A DNA stretch of 64,000 nucleotides, taken from NCBI RefSeq assembly GCF_963921235.1, contig NC_086109.1, positions 1,302,001 to 1,366,000 of the forward strand. The letters are read 5' to 3'. A program made the translations under genes and the position numbers. Positions 38,091 to 50,680 of the stretch are shown here, piece by piece. Origin of the DNA: Mobula hypostoma. Its lineage: Eukaryota. Numbering within the stretch: the first letter of the stretch is position 1; every line of letters starts with the position of its first letter. The notes under the pieces were generated by a model. It was not told the DNA's origin. It was given only the letters and a program-made list of their open reading frames with translations, and ran no database searches.

Positions 38091-38299
38091 AGAATCACTT
38101 AATTCTCATATGGTTTCCGAGGACTGAAAACTTGCAAATGTCACTCCGCAGTTTAGGAAGGGAGGAAAGTCAAAAGAAAGGAAATTATAGGCCAGTTAGC
38201 TTAATCTCAGTGTCTGAGGAACTGTGGACAAAGGAGAGGCAATGGATGTCATTTACTTTGATTTTCAGAAAAAAAAACACTCTTTGGTTTCTTCCATTG

Positions 38300-41200
38300 A
38301 GCTAATGTCTAATCCAATTTACCACCTCTCCATGTATACCTAGCGACTGAATTTTCCTAACTAACCTCCCATGCGGGACCTTGTCAAAGGCCTTACTGAA
38401 GTCCATGTAGACAATATCCACTGCCTTCCCTTCATCCACTTTCCTGGTAACCTCCTCGAAAAACTCCAACAGATTGGTCAAACATGACCTACCACGCACA
38501 AAGCCATGTTGACTCTCCCTAATAAGCCCCTGTCTATCCAAATGCTTGTAGATTCTGTCTCTTAGTACTCCCTCCAATAACTTACCTACGACTGATGTTA
38601 AACTCACCGGCCTATAATTTCCCGGATTACTTTTCGATCCTTTTTTAAACAACGGAACCACTCTCCAATCCTCCGGCACTTCACCCGTAGACAGCGACAT
38701 TTTAAATATTTCTGCTAGGGCCCCCACAATTTCAACACTAGTCTCCATCAAGGTCCGAGGGAACACCCTGTCAGGTCCCGGGGATTTATCCACTTTAATT
38801 TTCCTCAAGACAGCAAGCACCTCCTCCTTTTTAATCTGTACAGTTTTCATGGTCTCATTACTTGATTCCCTCAATTCCATAGATTTCATGCCAGCTTCCT
38901 TAGTAAATACAGACGCAAAAAAACTAATTAAGATCTCCCCCATCTCCTTTGGTTCCGCACAAAGCCGACCACTCTGATCTTCAAGAGGACCAATTTTATC
39001 CCTTACAATCCTTTTATATAGAAACATAGAAAATAGGTGCAGGAGTAGGCCATTCGGCCCTTCGAGCCTGCACCGCCATTTATAATGATCGTGGCTAATC
39101 ATCCAACTCAGATCCCCGCCCCAGCCTTCCCTCCATACCCCCTGACCCCCGTAGCCACAAGGGCCATATCTAACTCCCTCTTAAATATAGCCAATGAACT
39201 GGCCTCAACTGTTTCCTGTGGCAGAGAATTCCACAGATTCACCACTCTCTGTGTGATCCTAATCTCGGTCCTAAAAGGCTTCCCCTCTATCCTCAAACTG
39301 TGGCCCCTCGTTCTGGACTTCCCCAACATCGGGAACAATCTTCCTGCATCTAGCCTGTCCAATCCCTTTAGGATCTTATACGTTTCAATCAGATCCCCCC
39401 TCAATCTTCTAAATTCCAACGAGTACAAGCCCAGTTCATCCAGTCTTTCTTCATATGAAAGTCCTGCCATCCCAGGAATCAATCTGGTGAACCTTCTTTG
39501 TACACCCTCTATGGCAAGGATGTCTTTCCTCAGATTAGGGGACCAAAACTGCACACAATACTCCAGGTGTGGTCGCACCAAGGCCTTGTACAACTGCAGT
39601 AGTACCTCCCTGCTCCTGTACTCGAATCCTCTCGCTATAAATGCCAGCATACCATTCGCCTTTTTCACTGCCTGCTGTACCTGCATGCCCACTTTCAGTG
39701 ACTGGTGTATAATGACACCCAGGTCTCGTTGCAGCTCCCCTTTTCCTAATCGGCCACCATTCAGATAATAATCTGTTTTCCTATTTTTGCCACCAAAGTG
39801 GATAACTTCACATTTATCCACATTAAATTGCATCTGCCATGAATTTGCCCACTCACCCAACCTATCCGAGTCACCCTGCATCCTCTTAGCATCCTCCTCA
39901 CAGCTAACACTGCCACCCAGCTTCATGTCATCCGCAAACTTGGAGATGCTGCATTTAATTCCCTCATCCAAGTCATTAATATATATTGTAAGCAACTGGG
40001 GTCCCAGCACTGAGCCTTGCGGTACCCCACTAGTCACCACCTGCCATTCTGAAAAGGTCCCGTTTATTCCCACTCTTTGCTTCCTGTCTGCTAACCAATT
40101 CTCCACCCACACCAATACCTTACCCCCAATACCGTGTGCTTTAAGTTTACACACTAATCTCCTGTGTGGGACCTTGTCAAAAGCCTTTTGAAAATCCAAA
40201 TATACCACATCCACTGGTTCTCCCCTATCCACTCTACTAGTTACATCCTCAAAAAATTCTATGAGATTCGTCAGACATGATTTTCCTTTCACAAATCCAT
40301 GCTGACTTTGTCCGATGATTTCACCGCTTTCCAAATGTGCTGTTATCACATCCTTGATAACTGACTCCAGCAGTTTCCCCACCACCAACGTTAGGCTAAC
40401 CGGTCTATAATTCCCCGGTTTCTCTCTCCCTCCTTTTTTAAAAAGTGGGGTTACATTAGCCACCCTCCAATCCTCAGGAACTAGTCCAGAATCTAACGAG
40501 TTTTGAAAAATTATCACTAATGCATCCACTATTTCTTGCGCTACTTCCTTAAGCTCTTAATATACTTGTAAAAGCTCTTTGGATTATGCTTCACTTTGAC
40601 TGTAAGACAACCTCATGCCTTCTTTTAGCCCTCCTGATTTCTTTCTTATGTATTTTCTTGCACTTCTTATACTCCTCAAGCACCTGATTTACCCCCTGTT
40701 TCCTATACATTTCATACAACTCCCTCTTCTTTATCAGAGTTGCAATATCCCTTGAGAACCAAGGTTCCTTATTCGTATTCAATTTGCCTTTAATCCTGAC
40801 AGGAACATGCAAACTCTGCACTCTCAAAATTTCCCCTTTGAAGGCTTCCCACCTACCAATCACATCTTTGCCAGAGAACAACCTGTCCCAATCCACGCTT
40901 TTTAGATCCTTTCTCATTTCTTCAAATTTGGCCTTCTTCCAGTTCAGAACCTCAACCCTAGGACCAGATCTATCCTTGTCCATGATCAAATTGAAACTAA
41001 TGGTGTTATGATCACTGGAACCAAAGTGCTCCCCTACACAGACTTCCGTCACTTGCCCTAACTCGTTTCCTAACAGGAGATCCAATATTGCATCCCCTTT
41101 AGTTGGTCCCTCTATATATTGATTTAGAAAACTTTCCTGAACACATTTTACAAACTCTAAACCATCTAGACCCCTAACAGTATGGGAGTCCCAATCAATG

Positions 41201-41990
41201 TATGGAAAATTAAAATCTCCTACTACCACAACTTTATGTTTCCTGCAGTTGCCTGCTATCTCTCTGCAGATTTGCTCTTCCAAGTCTCGTTGACTATTGG
41301 GTGGTCTGTAATACAATCCCACTAATGTGGCCATACCTTTCCTGTTTCTCAGCTCCATCCATAAGGACTCAGTAGACAAGCCCTCTAATCTGTCCTGCCT
41401 GAGCACTGCTACAATATTTTCCCTAACAAGCAATGCTACTCCCCCACCTTTCATTCCTCTGTCTCGATCACATCTGAAACATCGGAACCCTGGAATATTA
41501 AGCTGCCAGTCCTGCCCCTCCTGTAGCCAAGTTTCACTAATTGCTACAACATCATAATTCCACGTGTCAATCCACGCCCTCAACTTCCCCGCAATACTCC
41601 TAGCATTGAAATATATACACCTCAGAAGATTTTTACCACCACTCACAACCTTTCTATCAGCGGATTTGCTTAAACTTTCAACATCATTTATTTTCACCCC
41701 AGCCACACTGTCAGCTCTGGCACTCTGGTTCCCATCCCCCTGCAAATCTAGTTTAAAGCCTCCCCAATAGCACTAACAAACCTCCCTGAAAGGATATTGG
41801 TCCCCCTGTGGTTCAAGTGTAACCCGTCTCTCTTGTACAGGTCCCACCTGCCCCAGAAGAGGTCCCAATGATCCTGAAATCTGAAACCCTGCCCCCTACA
41901 CCAGTTCCTCAGCCACTTGTTCCTCCTCCAGAGCATCCTATTCCTACCCTCACTGGCACCTAACACTCCCAACCTTTGTGTCATCAGCAA
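38300..41990 (-). mobile_element. CR1 with ORF1 SGNH-esterase end, APE endonuclease and RT start, split by a younger CR1
   Basis: 41748-42020: DHWDLFWGRWDLYKRDGLHLN. 40591-41745: YFNARSI, AISETWL, VVGDFNFP, SSDHN. 38302-~39000 continues into RT (YMDFSKAFDKVPH). Confidence 0.9.
39018..40555 (-). mobile_element. Young 5'-truncated CR1 with an uninterrupted 473-aa RT frame
   Basis: ORF 39108-40529 with full RT motifs (FADDMKLGG); close paralog of 7437-8958. Confidence 0.95.
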
Positions 41991-41999
41991 ATTTACTAA

Positions 42000-43965
42000 C
42001 CCATCCCTCCACTTCCTCATCTAGGTCATTTATAAAAATCACAAAGAGTAGGGGTCCTAGAACAGATCCCTGAGGCACACCACTGGTGACCAGCCTCCAT
42101 GTAGAATATGACTCGTCTCCAACCACTCTTTGCCTTCTGTGGGCAAGCCAGTTTTGGATTCACAAAGCAATGTCCCCTTGGATCCCATGCCTCCCAATTT
42201 TCTCAATAAGCCTTGCATGGGGTACCTTAAATGTCTTGCTGAAATCCATATACACTACATCTACAGCTCTACCTTCATCAATGTGTTTAGTCACATCCTC
42301 AAAAAATTCAATCAGGCTCATAAGGCACGACCTGCCTTCGACAAAGCCATGCTGACTATTGCTAATGATATTATGCCTCTCCAAATGTTCATAAATCCTC
42401 CCTCTCAGGATCTTCTCCATCAACTTACCAACCTCTGAATTAAGACTCACTGGTCTATAATTTCCTGCTCCCTTTCTTGAATAAGGGAACAACATCCGCA
42501 ACCCTCCAATCCTCCGGAACCTCTCCCGTTCTCATTGATGATGCAAAGATCATTGCCAGAGGCTCAGCAATCTCCTTCCTCGCTTCCCACAGTCACCTGG
42601 GGTACATCCCGTCCGCTCCTGGTGACTTATCCAACTTGATGTTTTCCAAAAGCTCCAGCACATCCTCTTTCTTAATATCTACATTTTCAAGCTTTTCAGT
42701 TCATCCCTACAAGTGCCAAGATCCTTTTATGTAGTGAATATTGAAGCAAAGTATTCATTTAGTACCTCCTTTATTTCCTCCGGTTCCATACACACTTTTC
42801 CATTGTCACACTTGATTGGTCCTATTTTCTCACGTCTTATCCTCTTGCTCTTCACAGACTTGTAGAATGCCTTGGGGTTTTCCTTAATCCTGCTCGCCAA
42901 GGCCTTCTCATGGCCCCTTCTGGCTCTCCTAATTTCATTCTTAAGCTCCTTCCTGCTAGCCTTATAATCTTCTAGATTCATATCATTACTTAGTTTTTTA
43001 AACCTTTCTTAAGCTCTTCTTTTCTTCTTGATTAGATTTACAACAGCCTTTGTGTACCCTACCTTGTACCCTACCATCCTTTCCATGTCTCATTGGAACG
43101 TACCAACTCAGAACCCTATGCAAATATCTGCTGAACATTTGCCACATTCCCTTGGTATGTTTCGCTGAGAACATCTGTTTCCAATTTATGCTTCCAAGTT
43201 CCTGCCTGATAACCTCATAGTTTCCCTTTTTCCAATTAAACATTTCCCTAACTTGTCTGTTCCTATCCCTCACCAATGCTATGGTAAAGGAGATAGAATT
43301 GTGATCACTATCTCCAAAACGCTCTCCCACTGAGAGACCTGACACCTGACCAGGTTCATTTCCCAATACCAAATCAAGTACAACCTCTCCTCTTGTAGAC
43401 TTATCTCCATATTGTGTTGAGAAACCTTCATGAACACACCTAACAAACTCTACCCGATCTAAACCCCTCACTCTAGGGAGATGCCAATCAATATTTGGGA
43501 AATTAGAATCTCCCACCACAATAACCCTGTTATTATTACTCCTTTCCAGAATCTGTCTCCCTATCTGCTCCTCTATGTCTCTGTTACAATTGGGTGGTCT
43601 ATAAAAATCACCCAGTAGAGTTATTGACCCCTTCCTTTTCCTAAATTCACCCACAGAAACTCCGTTGACAACCCCTCCATGACTTCCTCCTTTTCTGCAG
43701 CCGTGACACTATCTCTGATCAACAGTGCCACTCCCCCACCTCTTTTGCCTTCCTCCCTGTCCTTTCTGAAACATCTAAAGCCTGGCACTTGAAGTAGCCA
43801 GTCCTGCCCCTGCACCATCCAAGTCTCTGTAATGGCCACAACATCACAGCTCCAAGTGCTGATCCACGCTCTAAGTCTCATCAGCTTTGTTCATGATACT
43901 CCTCGCATTACAATAGACACACCTTAAACCATCGGACCAAGCGCGTCCCTTCTCTATCACCTGCC
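42000..43965 (-). mobile_element. Degenerate CR1 fragments (endonuclease/RT)
   Basis: VVAITETWM, IVVGDSNFPNIDW, GDSDHNSISF, VYMDFSK. Confidence 0.85.
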
Positions 43966-44009
43966 TCTCCTCTCTTTCGCACTGTCTCCAAACTTCCTCT
44001 GTTTGTGAA

Positions 44010-44935
44010 CGGCCTCGCTTTTACCGAGAGTTGTTGAGGGTATGGGGGGGGGGGGGTCTAGTCTCATCCAGACAGTGTGCTCCTGTGCCGGTGGGGGACA
44101 CTGCTCTAGCTGCGGGGGTGGGTGACTCGTCCCATCCGATCTCAGTGGTGCCGAGGGGTGCTCGGGGAAGTAGAGGGGTTACGGCTGCACCACCACCTGA
44201 TGGTCCGGAAGCGCTCGTCGGACCCAGGCCCAGGGATACCACGCGGGAGAATGTACCGCACAGCGGAGCTGCCTCTGGGGGGTGCCCACGGTACCCTTCC
44301 GTGACGCTCTAAAGCGTTTCTTGTTCGGGCTGCTCTTGCACACGTTTCACTTCCTTGCCTTCGTCTGCCAACCAGACTCACCTTGGCGGTCAGTCTGACC
44401 ATCCACAGCGGAGGAGGTCTCTTTACGCAGGGGTCTTTCGCCTGTATACGGGGGACCTGGAGTGGAAGGTGCTGTGCAGGGCAGTACCGTGCAAACAGGC
44501 ACTGACACTCTGTCCAGCTGTCCATTCTGTGGCCGGGATGAATCAGTGTACCATGCTTCTCTGGAGCGTGAGAGGTTGCAGTCGCTGTCGGAGTATCTGA
44601 CGGGGCTGCTGGCTCATGAGCTCCACCCCCGAGCTCCTCATACGGGCATCCAGTACGGAAGGGAGTGCTTGCTCCTGGGCCTGGCCAAGATGGCCATTCA
44701 ATGCTCAAGGCTGCGGAAAGTCGAGAACTCTGCCAGGACTGGGTGTCCTTGGAGAGGGAGCCTGCAGTCACAATGGTTACAGGGGGGGATTTCCGGAAGC
44801 CTTGTCCCTCCCCCCACCAGGCAATTGACTGTTTTATAGACAGTAGTAAACATATTTTAATTTGAATTTATTCACTGTCTTGTAAATAATATTTGTACAT
44901 TGTGTATTTGTGGTGTAAATAAACTTCTATAGATT
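44010..44935 (+). mobile_element. Tx1/L1-clade ORF2 C-terminal fragment
   Basis: GDLEWKVL, CPFCGRDESVYH, LLLGLAKMAI, followed by an AT-rich 3' UTR. Confidence 0.8.
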
Positions 44936-44944
44936 TGTTTAAAA

Positions 44945-45225
44945 AAGGCTTCGGCGTTCCAGCCACAGTGGTCGGTCAAAGTCCGATACCCAATAGCGTA
45001 GCTTGCTCTGACCGGCCACATCAGGCACCTTCATCAGAAGGTCCGAGGCTCTGTTTGCTCCGGTGGGTGATGAAACACCCTCTTCATAGCGTCCACTAAT
45101 TCTTCCGAATTGCAGCAAATCACCGACCTCCACTACCAATGCGCTGTGGCCCAGGCCAGGGCTCTCTCGGTCAGGAGGGAGATCATGAGGGCCACCTTTC
45201 CGCGCTCAGGAGGGAACCGGGACGA
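44945..45225 (-). mobile_element. Ty3/Gypsy gag remnant (Sushi/LDOC1-like)
   Basis: Hand translation gives KVALMISLLTERALAWATAHW..NSEELVDAMKRVFHHP and, after a frameshift, ASDLLMK. Confidence 0.65.
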
Positions 45226-45919
45226 CTAAAGCAGTAATAGTAGTCATACTTTATTGATCCCGTGGGAAATTGGAAATTGGTTAAAGATCAAACGTCAATG
45301 AGCACCGAGTGACGAAACCGCGGCTAGAGCCCGGGGGCCTCTCAGGAGACGGGAGATGAACTGACACCGCAGAGCGACCGACAACCTCACCCGAGCGACT
45401 CCGGCTTCCTCCGTGTGGTCGGTGCCGCATGGCGTCCTGGAGCTCGTGTATCATCCGGCTCTGTCTGGGAAGTTTCTCGTTGTGGCTGGTGGCAGCTGAC
45501 GCGTGGCGCTGATACACCGCTGTGCCTGTGTTAGGGACAAGAGACCGAGCGAGGCGAGGATGGTCAGGGCACAAGTGCTGGAGAATCCGAGACCAGAATC
45601 GAGACACGGCATGAGACTGAAACAAGAATAGGGCGTTAAACCAGACGCCAAACGATAATCTAAGTAGAGCTGATGATGGAGTACCGAACCTCAGTTCTGG
45701 CCCTCTTTGAATATTAAAATCCTTTTGCCAAAACGTGGACGCCAATTAGTGGCCGCTCCACCTATCCATATTCGGGTGGGTCAGAGCGCCTGCATCCTGG
45801 AAGCTGGCTACCGGGTCCGTATCGTATCGGAAGATGGACTGACACCGTAGTGCGACCGACAGTCTCACCCGAGCGACTCCGCTTCCTCCTTGCGATAGTT
45901 TCCCGCTTGGTGACCTAGA

Positions 45920-47300
45920 GATCAAGAGGATAAACATAGAAACACAGAAAACCTACAGCACAATACAGGCCCTTCGGCCCACAAAGCTGTGCTGAACATG
46001 TACTTACTTTAGAAATTAGCTAGGGTTACCCACAGCCCTCTATTTTTCTAAGCTCCATGTACCTATCCAAGAGACTCTCAGAAGACCCTGTTGTACCCGC
46101 CTCCACCACCGTTGCCGGCAGGCCATTCCACTCACCGCTCTCTGCGTAAAAAACTTACCCCTGACATCTCCTCTGTACTTCCTTCCAAGAACCTTAAAAC
46201 TGTGCCCCATCGTGGTGGCCATTTCAGCCCTGGGTAAAAGCCTCTGACTATCCACACGATCAATGCCTCTCACCATCTTATATACCTCTATCAGGTCACC
46301 TCTCATCCTCCGCTGCTCCAAGGAGAAAAGGCCGAGTTCACTCAACCTATTCTCATAAGGCATGCTCCCCAATCCAGGCAACATCCTTGTAAGTCCTGAA
46401 CATTCTTGAACAAACTCCCATGAGGGACCTTGTCAAGTGCCTTGCTAAAGGCCATATAGACACCATCCTCTGCCTTTCCTTCATCAACTTGTAACCTCCT
46501 CCAGAAACTCTACAAGACTGGTTAGAGATTATCAACAACACATGAAGCTGTGCTGACTATCCCTAGACAGTCTGTGTCTATCCAAATACTCGTATATCAA
46601 CTCCCTTAGAATGGCTTCCAATAGGTTTCCCAGTACTGTTGTCAGGCCCTGTGCCCTATAATTTCCTGGTTTATTTTTAGAGCCTTTCTTAAACAGTGGA
46701 ACAACATTAGCTATTCTCCAATCCTTCGGTACCTCATCTCTCACTGAGAATGGTTTAAATATCTGTGCTAAGGCCCCTGTAATCTCTGCACTTCCTTCCC
46801 TCAGAGTCTGATGGAACACCTTGTCAAACCCTGGGGATTTATCCACCCTAATTTGCCTCAAGACAGCAAACTCCCTCTCCTCTGTAATCTGAATAGGGTA
46901 GGTGAAGGCGATGCTGCTTTGCCTCACTTCCATAGACTCTGTCCGACTCCTGAGTAAATACAGATGCAAAAAATGTATTTAGGATCTCCCTCATCTCTTT
47001 TAGTTACACACATGGATTAGCAATCTGATCTTCCAGTGGATCAAATTTGACCTTGCAGTCCATTTATTCTTAACATACCTGTGGAATCCCTTAGGATTCT
47101 CCTTCACCTTATCTTCCAGGGCAATCTCATGCCTCTCCTGATTTCTTTCTTAAGGGTTCTCTTGCATTTTGCATACCACATAAGTACTAATTTGTTCTTA
47201 GCTGTCTGCGCCTGCTATGCACCTCATTTTTCTTAACCAGCATCTTAATATCTGCTGAAAATCAAGGTTGCCTAAGTCAGTTATTGTTACCCTTTATTCT
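45920..47300 (-). mobile_element. Two CR1 fragments
   Basis: MLPGLGSMPYENRLSELGLFSLE; VDKSPG..WRIANVVPLFKKG. Confidence 0.88.
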
Positions 47301-47304
47301 GACA

Positions 47305-47690
47305 GGCACATACACCGCAGCTGCTGTGTGGGAGGACCTTCACCAGAGGGACGCACCGGTTTAAGAGGCAGCTCACACCCCACCGTCTCCAGGGTAACGA
47401 TGGATGACAATACACGCTGGCTTTGACTGCGCTGACAGCATATTGATGAATGAATAAATAATCGTTGAAGAGCTGTGGGGTCTGAATACCCAGGGCGGCT
47501 GTGGAGTGGGGAGCTGGTGTCAGGTTGCTGCTACTCTCAGGGTGAGATGTCAGTGAAACTCTGTGTCAAATGGTGGCAGGAAGAGGGTGCGGTTCAGAAC
47601 ACTGCTGGTTAACAAGTGTAGAGATGTCTGTCAGAGAATGGAACAGCCTACAGGATGGGTGTGGGTGACGGGCGGGGTGAGAGACAGAAA
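47305..47690. repeat. Paralogous copy of 31600-32260 (old LINE tail plus unique segment with candidate exon 47566-47627)
   Basis: Long shared tracts such as gaagagctgt..tctgaatacccagggcggctgtggagtggggagctggtgtcagg and aaatggtggcaggaagagggtgcgg. Confidence 0.9.
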
Positions 47691-48299
47691 CATACAATAA
47701 CACTGGACAACAGATTTTTTCAAAAGTGCTGTTTCCTCAGAACTTTTTTTGTTTACGATAGACTGCTTGAAGATGAACACAAATATAATTTCAGACTACT
47801 TGTATCACGTAGGAATTTGGAGAAACAACAAATTAACTTTTATTGAATATAATGTGTTTAATTGCATAATTTATGCTGATGCTTTGCAATAGTTCAAAGA
47901 AGTTAAAATATCTTGTTAATGATTTTCATTTGTACTCAGTGTCTGAAGCTTCTTGTTTAAGTGTCCAACAATAATTCACCAGCATTGATGGATTCCAGTT
48001 GCCATGGTAACTTTTCTCCATGACTGCAATATCCTGGTGAAACCTTTCACCATGCTCGTCACTAACTGCAACAAGATTTTAAGGGAAGAGGTCTAAATGG
48101 GAATGCAGAAAATGGGTCTTTAGTGACATGTTGCATTTCATGGTTTTATATGTTTGGAGTATGCTTTCAACCAGCTGCATGTAGTTTGGTGCTCTGTAGA
48201 TGCCGAGACAAATTTCATCAACTGCCTTCCATGTGATTTTCTCCGGTCCCACTAGAAATTCTTCAAATTGCCTGTCATTGATGACCTGTTTGATTTGTG

Positions 48300-50680
48300 G
48301 ACCAACAAAAATACTCTAAGTGTGGTCTCACCAGAGATTTGTAGAGTTGCAACATGACCTCTCTGCTCTTGAACTCAGTCCCCCTATTAATGAAGCCTAG
48401 CATCCCATAGGCCTTCTTAATTATCCTATCGACCTGTGCAGCGACCTTGAGGGATGTATGGATTTGAACCCCAAGGTCCCTCTGCTCATCCACACTCTTA
48501 AGTAACGACCATTAACCCTGTACTCAGCCTTCTGGTTTGTCCTTCGAAATGCATCACCTCACACTTATCCGGATTGAACTCCATCTGCCATTTTTCTGCC
48601 CAACTCTGCATCCTGTCTATATCCTCTTGTAACCTTCGACAATGTACAGCTCCATCCACAACTCCTCCAATCTTCGTGTCATCTGCAAACTTACTCATCC
48701 ATCCTTCCACCTCTTCATCCAGGTCATTTATAAAAATCACAAAGAGCAGGGGTCCCAGGACAGATCCTTGCGGCACTCCATGAGTCACCGACCTCCAGGC
48801 AGAATACTTTCCTTCCACTACTACCCTCTGCTTTCTTCCTGTAAGCCAATTTTTTTTATCCAAATAGCCAAGGTTCCACTGATCCCATGCCTCATGACAT
48901 TCTGGATGAGTCTCTGGTGGGGAACCTTGTCAAATGCCTTGCTAAAATCCACGTAGACCACATCTACCGCCCGACCCTCATCAATTTCTTTTGTTACCTC
49001 TTCAAAAAACTCAATTAGTCTCGTGAGGCACAACCTTCGCTTCTCAAAGCCATGTTGACTATCCGTGAGTAGGCTGTACTTCTCCAAGTGCTCGTAGATC
49101 CCCTTCTTAAGAATCCTTTCTAATAGTTTGCAGATCACCAACGTAAGACTCACTGGTCTATAGTTCCCAGGATTCTCCCTATTACCTTTTTTAAACAAGG
49201 GAACTACATTTGCCATTCTCCAATCCTCCGGCACCTCCCCTGCAGCCAAAGAGGATTCAAAGATCATAGCTACTGCTCCAGCTACCTCTTCTCTCACTTC
49301 CCACAGCAACCTGGGGTATAATACGTCCGGCCCTGGGGACTTATCAATCTTGATGTTTTTAAGAAGATTCAACATTTCTTCTTCATTAATCTCCACATGT
49401 CCAGCACACAGGCCTGTTCTATTTCGACCTCACCCTGATCAAGGTCCTTTTCACTTGTGAATACTGAAGCAAAGTATTCATTTAGGACCTCCCCAACCTC
49501 CAGACACATGTTGCCTTCTTTATCCTTTAGCGGCCCCACCTTCATTCTTGTCATCCTTCTGTTCTTCACATACGCATAGAACGCCTTGGGGTTCTCCTTA
49601 ATCCTACATGCCAAGGCCTTCTCATGCCCCCTTCGAGCTCTCCTCTTCTTCAGCATCGGACGATGCTGAGGATGTTCTACGAGTCTGTGGTGGCCAGTTC
49701 GATCATGTTTGCTGTTGTGTTCTGGGGCAGAAGGCTGAGGGTAGCAGACACCAACAGAATCAACAAACTCAATCGTAAGGCCAGTGATGTTGTGGGGATG
49801 GAACTGGACTCTCTGACGGTGGTGTCTGAAAAGAGGATGCTGTCTAAGTTGCATGCCACCTTGGTCAATGTCTCCCATCCACTACATAATGTACTGGGTG
49901 GGCACAGGAGTACATTCAGCCAGAGACTCATTCCACCGAGATGCAGCACAGAGCGTCATAGGAAGTCATTCCTGTCTGTGGCCATCAAACTTTACAACTC
50001 CTCCCTTGGAGGGCCAGACACCCTGAGCCAATAGGCTGGTCCTGACTTATTTCCTGGCATAATTTACATATTTACATATTACTATTTAACTATTTATGGT
50101 TTTATTACTATTTAATTATTTATGGTGCAACTGTAATGAAAACCAATTTCCCCCGGGATCAATAAAGTATGACTATGACTAAGTCCTTTTCTTAAGCTCC
50201 TTCCTGGCTACCCTACATTTCTCATGAGCCCTCCCTGCTTCCTGCTTCTTATGTCTAACATATGCTTCCTTCTTCCTCTTGACGAGTTGCCTCACGTGTT
50301 TCGTCAGCCACGGTTCCCTTTTCCTACCATTTTTTCCTTGTCTCAGAGGGACAAACCTATCCTGAACCCAGCACAAGTGGTCCTAAACTTCCTCCACATT
50401 ACTTCTGTGCTTTCACCCTTGAACATCTGTTTCCAATTTACTCCCGCTAGTTCCTGCCTCAACCCTTCATAGTTAGCCCTTCCCCAGTTAAGCACTTTCC
50501 CATTTTGTCTGTTTTTATCCTTTTCCATAGCTATGCTGAAGCTAAGGGAGTTGTGGCCACTCTCACCAAAATGCTCCCCCACCAAGAGGTCTGCCGCCTG
50601 ACCAGGTTCACTACCCAGAACTAGATCCGGTATGTCCTCTCCTCTCGTTGGCCGGTCCACATACTGTGTCAGGAATCCTT
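48300..50680 (-). mobile_element. CR1 (same subfamily as 4600-5640), broken
   Basis: [41 protein letters not shown]. Confidence 0.9.
49655..50180 (+). mobile_element. 5'-truncated Rex1/Babar copy nested in CR1
   Basis: Near-identical to 13890-14420; ends aataaagtatgactatgact. Confidence 0.92.

Larger units (their letters stand above)
34180..38280 (+). mobile_element. Degenerate CR1 (ORF1 end, endonuclease, RT start) hosting nested insertions
   Basis: The CR1 sequence rejoins across each insert: cagagcaaag..agttaaattg; gcggtacaattag..agattgg; ggatcactgagtcatggct; agaatcacttaattctcat..atgg. Confidence 0.75.

Noticed and set aside
39108-40529. Intact RT as a domesticated or active gene
   Set aside because: 5'-truncated, no promoter or endonuclease, and near-identical to other young CR1 copies; the open frame reflects recent insertion.
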